The position numbers and the translations under genes were made by a program. Under the pieces are notes generated by a model. The model did no database searches and was not told where the DNA came from. It saw only the letters and a list, made by a program, of their open reading frames with translations. DNA of 61,993 bases, the filler included, from Choristocarpus tenellus KU-1152 (Eukaryota > Protista > Phaeophyceae): NCBI GenBank assembly GCA_964200185.2. It is 14 parts of 14 records of this genome, joined end to end, with 100 filler letters (N's around TTAATTAATTAA, not from the genome) between each part and the next. Parts side by side here need not be neighbours in the genome. Positions count along the whole stretch, not along the records: positions 11,847 to 15,289 come from CAXNAD020019993.1; positions 15,390 to 21,919 come from CAXNAD020007926.1; positions 22,020 to 33,158 come from CAXNAD020002486.1; 11 more parts are not named here. One strand, 5' to 3'. Below are positions 12,320-22,136 of this stretch, piece by piece; position 1 is the first letter of the stretch; every line of letters begins with the position of its first letter.

Positions 12320-13713
12320 CTTGAGAAGTATTGGTCACACATCCAAGGTGCATCTGATGAATTATTTGTGTCTTCCCCATACGATCTGCTGCCTGGAAGC
12401 CCAACCTACTTCACCTATGAAGGCAGTCTGACTACACCTCCCTGCTCAGAGGTGAGAGCTCTATCAATTACTTGGCAAAATCTCGCCTGCTTACCTTCAC
12501 TGTCTATCCCTATTCCAGGTGAAGGTTTCTGTTGTATGTCAATTGAGCCATAGTATCTTAAGAGGGTAGGGGCGCGTCCATTTGAGGGTCAAAATCCAAT
12601 GTTGCGATTTTGATGTAATTTTGTTATCGTGTTTGTTAGGAAGCGTCAATATCCTTGTTCCAGACACACATTTTCATAAAGTACACATTTTACCTACTCC
12701 GAAAACAATTTGGAGAGGAAAATGTCATAAAAAAAGCAACATAGGGGAAGCCAAGCCCCAAATGGACAAAGAGGGTAAAACTCGTACCCTCTAAGATGCT
12801 TTCACTCAATTCCATCATTGAGCATTTTGATCTTGCTATCCCTCCTCGCCCTTCCGCCATGTCGGAAGCTTCTGTGAACCTTAAGATTCCCCTTTCTACT
12901 TCTAATTCTTTCTCAGAAAACCAAAACTTCTATGCTGTGCCCTAATTCATTACACTAGTGGACTAGAAGGATAGGCTATTGATGTGTTACGGCCTTGGAT
13001 TTTCCTGTCTCTTTTTGGATATGAGATTACCCAAAGGAGTTTGGTACATCTGAGACACGTGTATTTCTTTTCCTGCTGTAGCGACGTTTAATTGATCATT
13101 TCAGTTTATGCTTGCAATGGATATTTGTATACACTCGTGTTTTGGAGTATTTCAAAACACTGGGGAGTAGTGTTTTTTGCATTTATGTTTGAAAGGGTTT
13201 TAGGTATGTGCAGACAAAATGTCACATTTTTTCCTCCGTAAATTTACCACCCCTTCCCTGTTGTTCTGTCCTTACAATGGGCGGTCTTCCATTGCTCTGG
13301 TTGTCACCATACACAGATTGTGACATGGGTTGTTATGTCAGATCATGTAAGGATTAGTGGGAACCAGCTTGATACCTTCCGTTACGCTGTTCAGCAACAC
13401 GCTGGATCTACGGTGAGCTGAAACGGGACTGTGAGGGAAGGGTCAATCCTTGGGTAGCCATAATTTGGTTTGCTGGAGCTTATTTTGCTGGTGTGATGGT
13501 GTAAAGCATAGTGTACCTTCCTCCATGCACCATCTACTTTCAGGCGGTGGAACCAACCACAAATTATGCATTTCTTGATCAAATTTGTGACGTATTGTGA
13601 TATTTTAACTTCATGTTTGAAATCTTAACTTGTTTTACCAGGTGAGCGAGGGAGGCAACACCAATCGCCCCACCATGCCCCTCAATGGACGTCATATCTA
13701 CTTCTCTGGTTGA
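12320..13713 (+). CDS. Alpha-carbonic anhydrase, C-terminal three exons (12320-12451, 13317-13412, 13642-13713)
   Basis: Phase-consistent splicing gives LLPGSPTYFTYEGSLTTPPCSE|IVTWVVMSDHVRISGNQLDTFR...|GNTNRPTMPLNGRHIYFSG*, the classic alpha-CA GSLTTPPCSE, V.W and NRP.QPLN.R motifs. Confidence 0.95.
12545..12807. mobile_element. MITE family A (~260 bp) in CA intron, TSD AATT
   Basis: TIRs GAGCCATAGTATCTTAAGAGGGTA and TACCCTCTAAGATGCTTTCACTC; AATT on both flanks; homologous copies elsewhere in the window. Confidence 0.85.
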
Positions 13714-14360
13714 GTTGAGCATGTTGAGAGCACGAAACAACAGCTTTGACGATGCTGGGAGGGTTAGGAGTAAATCGTTTTCTTGGGAAACCATATTGTG
13801 CATGCTGAAGTAATTCTTCTGTTTTGGTATGCCATGATATATATTCCAAACTTTGTATGAAATTGCGAAGGGCACACCATAGGTAGCCAGACACCATGAA
13901 AAAAGAGAGAGGTGTTGGAGACAGGCATAGCAGTGCAAGCATGGAACCTACAGACACCCTCTCCTTCTCACAACATTAGACCAGGTATTTGGGTAAATCG
14001 AGATCCTGCAGAAAACCTCTTACTGATCTCATTGGATCTGTGTGGTGGAGAAGAGGTGTAATTTAAGGAGTATTTTTCTCTATGGGAAGATAAGTAGGAA
14101 CCCTACTCTAAAAAAGTAGAATTTATTTGAATAGAATTTTGATCCTTGTTCACATTTATAGGGCAGGGTAAAGTTGGTACCCACCTTCAACTGATGTCAA
14201 CATCGTTACTAGTAACCTTTTATACTATAGACACAATAAACTACAAAACATGCAGCTTGAAAAGAAATTAAGCGGTGCCAACACGCACATTTGATGACTG
14301 AAGATGAATTTTCCATACACCTTGCACAGAGATATCATCGTAGCAGTTACCACCATTTCA

Positions 14361-14546
14361 GGCTCAAAGTATCTGGGGGGAGGGGGGTCTACACGAGGTT
14401 GTCCATTTGGGTCATAACCTTCAAAAGCGCACTTACATTTTCCATCCGACGTACGCAACAAAATCACCCAAAAATCGCGAAATAATGAAGAAAAAAAAAA
14501 GGGCCTCAAAGGTACAGCCGCCATCCCCCGCCAGATACTTTGAGCC
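14361..14546. mobile_element. MITE family B, TSD TCA
   Basis: Perfect TIR GGCTCAAAGTATCTGG ... CCAGATACTTTGAGCC, flanked by TCA/TCA. Confidence 0.9.
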
Positions 14547-14821
14547 TCAAGGTGCGCTTACGAACACCATTTATTTGATAGAACCAATAAAACCAAGCAT
14601 GATGTGAGCATTGACAGTGTTCTTCTTCAGCATTGGGAAAGGTGAAGTATCCGTGAATATTGCACAGTTACGCTATGAATTGCTGGACAATTGAGCATGT
14701 TGCACCTAATTCAGGAAGCTCTTGCTGTTAAGTGCTATGACCGGTTAGTTTGGTTTTGTAGCCCAGGATTAATATTGCAATCTCTGTCAAGACAGCAACG
14801 CCTGTGTCACTTCTTCATTTA

Positions 14822-15014
14822 ACAGCCGATTTCAAAAATTGAGGATGGAGCTTTTCATTGAGGATGGGCTTGAGCCAAAATTGACTGGGATAAAGTGTCG
14901 ATATGTTTTTTTTTTTATGTATACAAATACAATACAATACAAAAATATATATTTCGACACTTTATCCCAGTCAATTTTGGGTCAAGCCCATCCTCAATTT
15001 TTGAAATCGGCTGT
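14822..15014. mobile_element. Foldback MITE with ~60-bp TIRs, TA-flanked
   Basis: Left arm ACAGCCGATTTCAAAAATTGAGGATGG...GCTTGAGCCAAAATTGACTGGGATAAAGTGTCGA; right arm TCGACACTTTATCCCAGTCAATTTTGGGTCAAGCCCATCCTCAATTTTTGAAATCGGCTGT. A related terminus lies at 7848-7882. Confidence 0.85.
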
Positions 15015-15389
15015 TATTTTCGTAGTTTTTACATATACTTCAAGGATTCTTCTGTCGAATAACCTAGTGTTATTCTTACGTTCTCTGTGCTGATCGAAGT
15101 AAACAGCATAGCTTAGTTTTATGGTTAGTTTAGTACAGTATGTATATATTTTTTTATTATTATGCCCTCTGACATTTTGCAGATGTGTCAGGGGGGAAAC
15201 CCAATGAAACTATACATATTTTATTATTATGCCCTCTGACATTTTGCAGATGTGTTAGGGGAAAACCAATGAAAACTATATACATATGTNNNNNNNNNNN
15301 NNNNNNNNNNNNNNNNNNNNNNNNNNNNNNNNNTTAATTAATTAANNNNNNNNNNNNNNNNNNNNNNNNNNNNNNNNNNNNNNNNNNNN

Positions 15390-16943
15390 CGCATTACGTG
15401 TGCGAGCCCCTCAATATCCTTGGAACTTAGCAGACGCACCCCCCCTGTTGAGGCCGCTGCCGCTGCCCCTGAAGCCCCTTTGAGTAAAGGCTCTGCAACG
15501 GTGGCTAGAGATATGTCAGCAATAGTTATCCTCTCTGCGCCCAAGTATGTTTTCTGGGCCAACCTTGTGTTTGCAATGGCTAGAAATGCCAGCAGGTGGT
15601 GCTTGGATTCGGTGATCACAGCCGAATTGCCAGCAGCAAGCGCTATAGCCTCTACAGGGACCTCAAACTCGTGCCAACAAGTTTCAAGCCATTGGTCCAC
15701 CTATTGTGAGGAGAGACCGAGGGGGAGGCAGAACACGAACACATGGGGGTGGGCATAAGAGGAGACTCTTGTAGATTCTAACAATTTTGAACTTACTCCT
15801 TGAATCAAATGGGGTTTCTACCCCGCTGCAGAGTACAAATTTGAAGCAATCAATTGAACGTGTTATGTTGTCCCCAACAATTGCACCCTAAAATATGGTG
15901 AAACGTCGTCCGTGCCCACAAATTAAGATCGCACGGGCAATCTCAAATGCAATGGGCTGTCACTCTCCGCATGCCCAGGTTACACCACGTGATCAAAACG
16001 ACCTGTAGGTGCACCCTAGTTAAGGCTCCAGTCACTGGTACTAACACAATTACCCCAAGGCTAGAGAAAGTTTTAAGAGGTAGAATTCTGGTGGTTCTGG
16101 CTAACATGCTGAGAATGGGAAAAACTTCTTCATTGTTATATCCGAATACAGTATACATGGCATTCAAGGAGGACAGACGAGCAGACTCCATGCACCCAAA
16201 CAAAAATGAAGGGGGGCGGTATTTGGACGGGTATTGACCCCAAGGGAATTGCCAACAATATTCTTAGATTGATATAACAAGAACATATATCCTGTTAGGG
16301 CACTGTTGTATGTGGGGGTTTAGAGAAGCTCTAGCAAGACTCACCAACGCAGATTCAAATTCAGTGCGTCCATAGAGCAAGGATGTAGGTCGCAGCGTGG
16401 CGATGTAGCGCAAGACGGCATTGCTCTGTGTAAGGAACACGTCTGGTACCCCCCCAGGCCTGGTGATCTTGAGTAGTAGGCTTTTAGCAGCTGGGGCTTC
16501 CCGCTCCAGATCTCCTTGACTCACCCCAGTCCTCACAGCCAGGTCTACACCAGCAAACCTTCGCAGCATTTCCCACCACAACGCATCGAGGAGGAGCGAT
16601 ACAGCGCGACAGCAACAGATTGAGACATGTCACCTTCTCTGCTCTACCATCATTTTACCTATTCTTTCCTCACATGGACAGCTTTGGATACTGCGCAAGC
16701 CACGCCCTTCATGATCCATGATTCAGGGTCGTCTGAATCCAAAGAAGGAAATGAGGGCGAATGTTCCAACAAGTCAATTAACCTCCACAAAGTCAAGCTC
16801 CAGAGGAAAACAAGTCCTCAGAGGAAGGCCAATATCACTCACCGAGCTGTAATGCATATCTTGCGTATGCGGAAGTCTTCCTCGGATAATGATGTCCATA
16901 GCTCAAGACCCACTCCGCCACCTATTAGGGGTGGCCACACCAT
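15390..16943 (-). CDS. GST-like N-terminal domain protein of the EF1B-gamma / valyl-tRNA synthetase type, 5' part (exons 16943-16843, 16558-16345, 15700-contig end)
   Basis: Spliced product MVWPPL...DFRIRKICITAR|FAGVDL...FLTQSNAVLRYIA...LYGRTEFESAL|VDQWLE...KTYLGAERITIADISL. ESNAI.RY, VDQW and TYL.G.RIT.AD are EF1Bg/ValRS GST motifs. Truncated by the contig end. Confidence 0.85.
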
Positions 16944-17202
16944 ACTGCCGAGATTTGGCAGGATATTCAAGAGTCCCAGCTTGAGTGGAAGTATAGAGTG
17001 CACGCGGGGCTACTGCTCTCCCCACCCTCTTTGTCTCTTTAGTTTCCTACCCAAAATGGTCTTCACCACGATACTCTGTTCCAGCACTAGTCCTGTGGCT
17101 GTTGAGTATTGGGTTGGTGATATCAATGCGTGATGTATGCCTGCATGAGTTGCCCTCTCCATCTCATCCAATGACAGTAACAACGTCGTTACTTGAAAGA
17201 AG
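16944..17202. promoter_or_regulatory. Putative bidirectional promoter (259 bp between divergent ATGs)
   Basis: The predicted start codons of the GST-domain gene (16943, -) and HCCS (17203, +) are head-to-head. Confidence 0.55.
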
Positions 17203-19259
17203 ATGGGAAGTGCAGGTTCGAAGTCGGTAGATATGCCCCAAACAATATCTTCGAGGAGTTCCAACTGTAGTTCCGGCTTAGAGTGCCCACTAGGTCATGG
17301 CAAGGGGCAGGAAAACGGCAATTCCAAAGCAGGTTTGGAACTGGAGGGTGCAAATGCTCAACAACCACCACAACATGGGAAGTGCCCCGTCCAACGAGAT
17401 GATTCAACACCGCCAGGGGGTGTACCTATAAAGTCGAAAGAGGAGATGGACAAAAGCGGTGGTGGATGCCCGGTAAAGCACGGTGGAAGGATGTCCAAGT
17501 ACCTGAACCCACACAAGTACAACGTTTACAGCCAGCGTGTGAGCAGCGAGGTGGACCCCAGCAATCAGATGCCCTCAACCCCAAACCAGGATCCAGCTCC
17601 AGGACAAACGCAAAAGCTGGATACGACTCGTGTAGAAAGTACTATTCCTAAGGGTGGGACAGAAGGCACTTGGACGTACCCTTCCCCGCAAATGTTTTGG
17701 TGAGTGTCCGCAGCTGCTTTGTCCTTGTTTATCGCCACCGTCTTGGTCCTCTAGAACTGCTCCCCTCAAAAGGGGAAAAAATGCACCTATTTGGAGTCGC
17801 TTTCCGCTCCTTTCGGTGAAGCGGTGATGCCTGTAGACCCTTCTGAATGACCCATGGAAGAGGTTATTGACTCGTCGTCTGCCTCTTTCACAGGAACAAC
17901 ACGCTCCTCTGGAGTGCCCTTCGTTTCGATTCCACCGCCGTCCTCTGACCTTGAAGGTTTCGCTCTGAACTTGATTTGTTCGCAGAACATGGTTAGCTAT
18001 GTCCGTCCAATTTCATCATGTAATAAACATGGCAATTGTTTGCGCAGGTCATGTCTTCGTGCCTGTTCAAAATTCTGTGATACAACCAGAGTGTTGTGTT
18101 TTTGTACAGTTGTGTCTGGTCAAAGCATACGCATACACCTCTGCGTGACTGATGAAGTAAACGCTTCTTATTGCCTTCCTATTATATGTGTATTTGCCAC
18201 CTAAAAAGATACTCAATTATATACGCCAACACACCTTCATCTTCCTGCACCCTGACGAGAAAATCTTACACACTACCCCAACTTTCTATGATACCATCAA
18301 CAAGTTTCCAGGCCTCACCTCCCAGGTAACTGTGCTGTATTTTGGGATAATTTGCAGGAATGCAATCACTCGCAAGGGTAAGGTAGAGGACACCAAGGAG
18401 AGAGACATGGACATAGTTGTGGCGATCCACAACAACATGAACGAAAATACTTGGAAGCAGATCCTCAAGTGGGAGGCATTGCGGGGGTGAGAGAGGGAGA
18501 GGGCATGTGTTCTTTCATTTTTTCAGGTTACCTCACAACATAACAAGAAGTAGAATTCTCTTGGCCTGCTTGCTTCACCCACATGTACAGGTGTACACAT
18601 GAGTCACTTCACACCACCACCAACCTTGGCAATGCATTGTCGATTTTGCATCCCTTTGATCACAAACAAACTGTCCCTTAAAAAGCGTATCCTCAATACG
18701 TACTGCTCATATGGCCCCATTCAACACCAATTGGGGAAAGCACCTTGTTTAAGAAAGCACATGCACACGTACACTCTCGAACAACGAGAGAGTATGTATA
18801 TTTGGTGTCTGTTCATAAGGCGTTGCCCCAGTAATACATGTTCCTTCTTTTCTTTTTGGTGTAACACGGTTTTATGTATCATTTGCCAATTCTTCTTCTT
18901 GGGGTTTTTTGTATCACGCCTTTTCATTTCACAAACGAGAGGCACTTAGAATTCGCTGTTAAACAATTTGCTTGTAGAAACTACAGCCAGAGACACCACT
19001 ACGACCAGCTATGTATGTCTTCAACTTTTCGTTGGACCCTAGGGTGTTAGAACGTGCCCATTTTTTGAAGCAAGAAAAAAAAGTGCATTTTTCCTAATGC
19101 AGCTCAACAGAGGCGGCGGAGGATGGACAGGAGCCGAAGCTCCTCCGTTTTCTCGGAAGGCCAGATGACACCTCAGTAAAGGCAATGGCCAAGGGACTGT
19201 TTGGGCACCCTGAACCATTCGATCGGCATGACTGGGTGGTGGACAGGGGTGGAGTAGAG
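17203..19259 (+). CDS. HCCS: Holocytochrome c synthase (cytochrome c/c1 heme lyase), exons 17203-17699, 18358-18486, 19103-19259; 3' exon(s) not found
   Basis: N-terminal MG; three CP heme-regulatory motifs (ECPL, KCPV, GCPV); STIPKG..WTYPSPQMFW|NAITRKG...IHNNMNENTWKQILKWE; PKLLRFLGRP...PFDRHDWVVDRGG. Exon phases are consistent. Confidence 0.95.
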
Positions 19260-19429
19260 GTGAGAATGATGCTACCTGTGGGCAGGCCAAGTGAGATCAA
19301 GAAAAATTCTGAAAGGCAAAGTATCGATTAGAAGTCCACTTAGAGGAAGAAGGCCGGTGGCGATGTGTGGGCGTTTGTAGGGCCTTCTACACTGTCCAAT
19401 GCTTGCTTCTTGGGTGCAGGTTGATCTTA

Positions 19430-20470
19430 GTAGTGGTGCTGGATATGTGCATATACAAATGCATTTTCTGTGTGTTCTTGCGGCTCACCTTCGGCTTCAT
19501 GCACACAGAGATGATTGGGGTGAGGATGTTGTGCATAGAAATGGCATGGGTAGTAAAGATACACGCAGAGATTAATTAGTTGATTAAGACCCATGCACAG
19601 ATGATTGAAGTGGTTGTTGTGTGCAGAGACATGAATGTGACAACAGTGATACCGCAGAGATGATTGGGATAGTGGTGGTGCACACAGAGATGAATCAATG
19701 TGGTGACAAATACACATCCCATAGATTCAGTGCTGACTACTTTCCAGTAGCTCAGGGGTTTATTAAAGTTTCAACAATGAATGTGTTGGTGGTGGTGCAC
19801 ACAGTGATGATTGGGATGGTGACGGCACCACCTAAGATGAATGTTGACGTGCACAGGGGAACCACTATCTGCCCAGTGGGGGAACCACCGCTGTCATACT
19901 TTTTTTTAACTTCTTCACGCGAGAGTTAGGGTTAGGGACAGGGTTAGGTTTTAGAAAATGTGAAGAGTGATGACAGTGGTGGGGGATCCTTAAGAGGTGG
20001 TGGTTCCTGAGTTCGTACTGTGCTGCTGAACCATAGTGTGGAACTTCTCCAAGAGAGATTCCTTGGCCAGTTAGGAACATTTTTCACACACAAGTTAGGA
20101 TTAGGGTTTCCTAAAATGCATGTCAAAAAGTGAAAAAAAAGAAGGGTGGTTTCCCAGTGAATGTCAATGGGGCGGCAATGACGCTTGCAGAGATGATTGA
20201 GTTGATGATGTTGAGCACAGAGATGAACGTCACGGTGAAGGTTTGTGCAGAGGTAATCGGGATGGTCATGTGATGTGCAGAGAGTAATTTGGTTGTTAAG
20301 AGGGATGCGCAAAGATTGTATAGTCGCATGTGCAGAGATGAACTTGATGGTTCTGGTGTTCATAGAGAGGAAGGGGGGAGTGATAGTGTGCACAAAAATC
20401 AATGTGGTGGTAATGATGCATGGAGAGATTATTGGGGTGGTGATGGTTCACACAGAGATGAAGGGTGGCA
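19430..20470. repeat. Degenerate ~30-bp minisatellite (GTGCACACAGAGATGATTGGGGTGGTGATG-like), interrupted by an IR element at 19874-20159
   Basis: GCAGAGATG/CACAGAGATG cores recur at roughly 30-bp spacing on both sides of the insertion. Confidence 0.7.
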
Positions 20471-20818
20471 GTACCACCTGTTACACCTCATTCACCCTTT
20501 TTAGCATTACAGCTACGACAAAATATAAGTCCCTGCAAAATCTTCTACATCCTGTGGCAAAACTTAAGGGAAAACTGCTTGCCTTAATCAAAGCTCACCT
20601 CGTAAACATTGCCCCACATCACACACACAAATACAAAGATAGAAAAATACCTCGATTTCGTGTAACACAACAAAAATCACCTCATCCCCTGCTTCCATAC
20701 TCGCTCTCTCCAACACAATTCTAGACTTCCCTGTGTTATCCCTGCTTTGGAGGTCAAAAATGGAGGAAACACAATATGAACCAGGAGAGCATCCCCGTCT
20801 AACTCCCAACTTATGCGC

Positions 20819-21802
20819 TCACAAACTGCTGAACCCCCCCACCAACGCCTCCGTCTCCTTCCACATTCTCAAGGCATTTTCAGGATCCCGGGCAAGGGTT
20901 GAGGGGGTTTCCATGAACTTGGGGGCAGTAAAATATTGCCCTCCTCCACTCTTGCTTCCACCCTTGCATCCAAGTAAGGGGTCAGCAGCACAGCAGATCT
21001 GTGTTTGGGCACCCTCTTTGGGTGACCGTGTGACCAGGGTGGCGGCACCCAGAAGTGGCAGCAGCAGTGGATTTACCGCTTGACTGGGATCAAAGATGTA
21101 TCGGCCAAGCTCAGTGCGGCAAGCTCCTGGATGCAAGGCCATGCACGTGACTGTGGAGGAACCTGCTATGAAAAGATAGGGTAGACATGGAGGTGGAAGG
21201 ATTATAGCACGCCGTTGCTTCCCCCAAGAAAATCTTTGCAGTCACTAGAGCTCTAGGGCAGTTACTCCAAAGGCAACACACACATTAACTTGGGGGATCA
21301 GTGCCTGTTCCTCCCAATGCAGGCTAGATTAGAAGCAGTCCCCTCAACAAGACAAGAAATCCAAGACAATATTATAAATAATTTCTCCAACTGTATGTCA
21401 ACAATAAAGGTCAGAAACCCCAGACAAGGTAGATTACTTCTGGTCCTTCTTTGGTCCCCCCAACCTCCCCCCCCTCAGTCCTTCAAATCGTTACACTGAA
21501 GTATTTTCGTGGTCACTAGAGATGTCCTCACTACACCAACAAATAACAAATAACAAATAACAGATCCTCACCACCACCCCTCTTGTCGAGTCTTTTTTGC
21601 AACTCCTTGGTGAAGAGGATATTGCTGAGCTTGCTGAGACCATAAGCAGACCAAGGGCCGTATGACCCCGGCTTCGAGGCATTGAGGTCATCCCAGTTAA
21701 TGGATTGAGGTATCATGTGTGCTGAGCTCGAAACATTGATCACCCTACCGTCTTTGCTCTGTAGAACCTTGGGCAGCAACAGGTTGGTAAGGCGGAAGTG
21801 AC
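20819..21802 (-). CDS. Short-chain dehydrogenase/reductase (retinol dehydrogenase/WWOX-like), last two exons (21802-21572, 21162-20819)
   Basis: GHFRLTNLLLP...GRVINVSSSAH...AYGLSKLSNILFTKELQKR (catalytic YxxxK); ALHPGACRTELGRY; RSPKEGAQT; LRMWKETEALV. Confidence 0.95.
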
Positions 21803-22136
21803 CTTGTGGGAGCACAGGAGAGACCGTGATGGTCCAGAGGGTCAAAAACAAAGGGGGAAGAGTGGAATTGGGGGGAAGAGAGAGGGTGAGATACCTAGGA
21901 AGAGGGGGAGAGGGAGGGGNNNNNNNNNNNNNNNNNNNNNNNNNNNNNNNNNNNNNNNNNNNNTTAATTAATTAANNNNNNNNNNNNNNNNNNNNNNNNN
22001 NNNNNNNNNNNNNNNNNNNTTTTTTTTTTTTTTTGTTTATTATTTCTTAACTTCTTTCCCTCTCCCTTAATTCCCCCCCCCCCCCCCTCCCCCATCTCTA
22101 ACCATGACTTTGCAATCCCGTTGTTGTCAAGAATAG

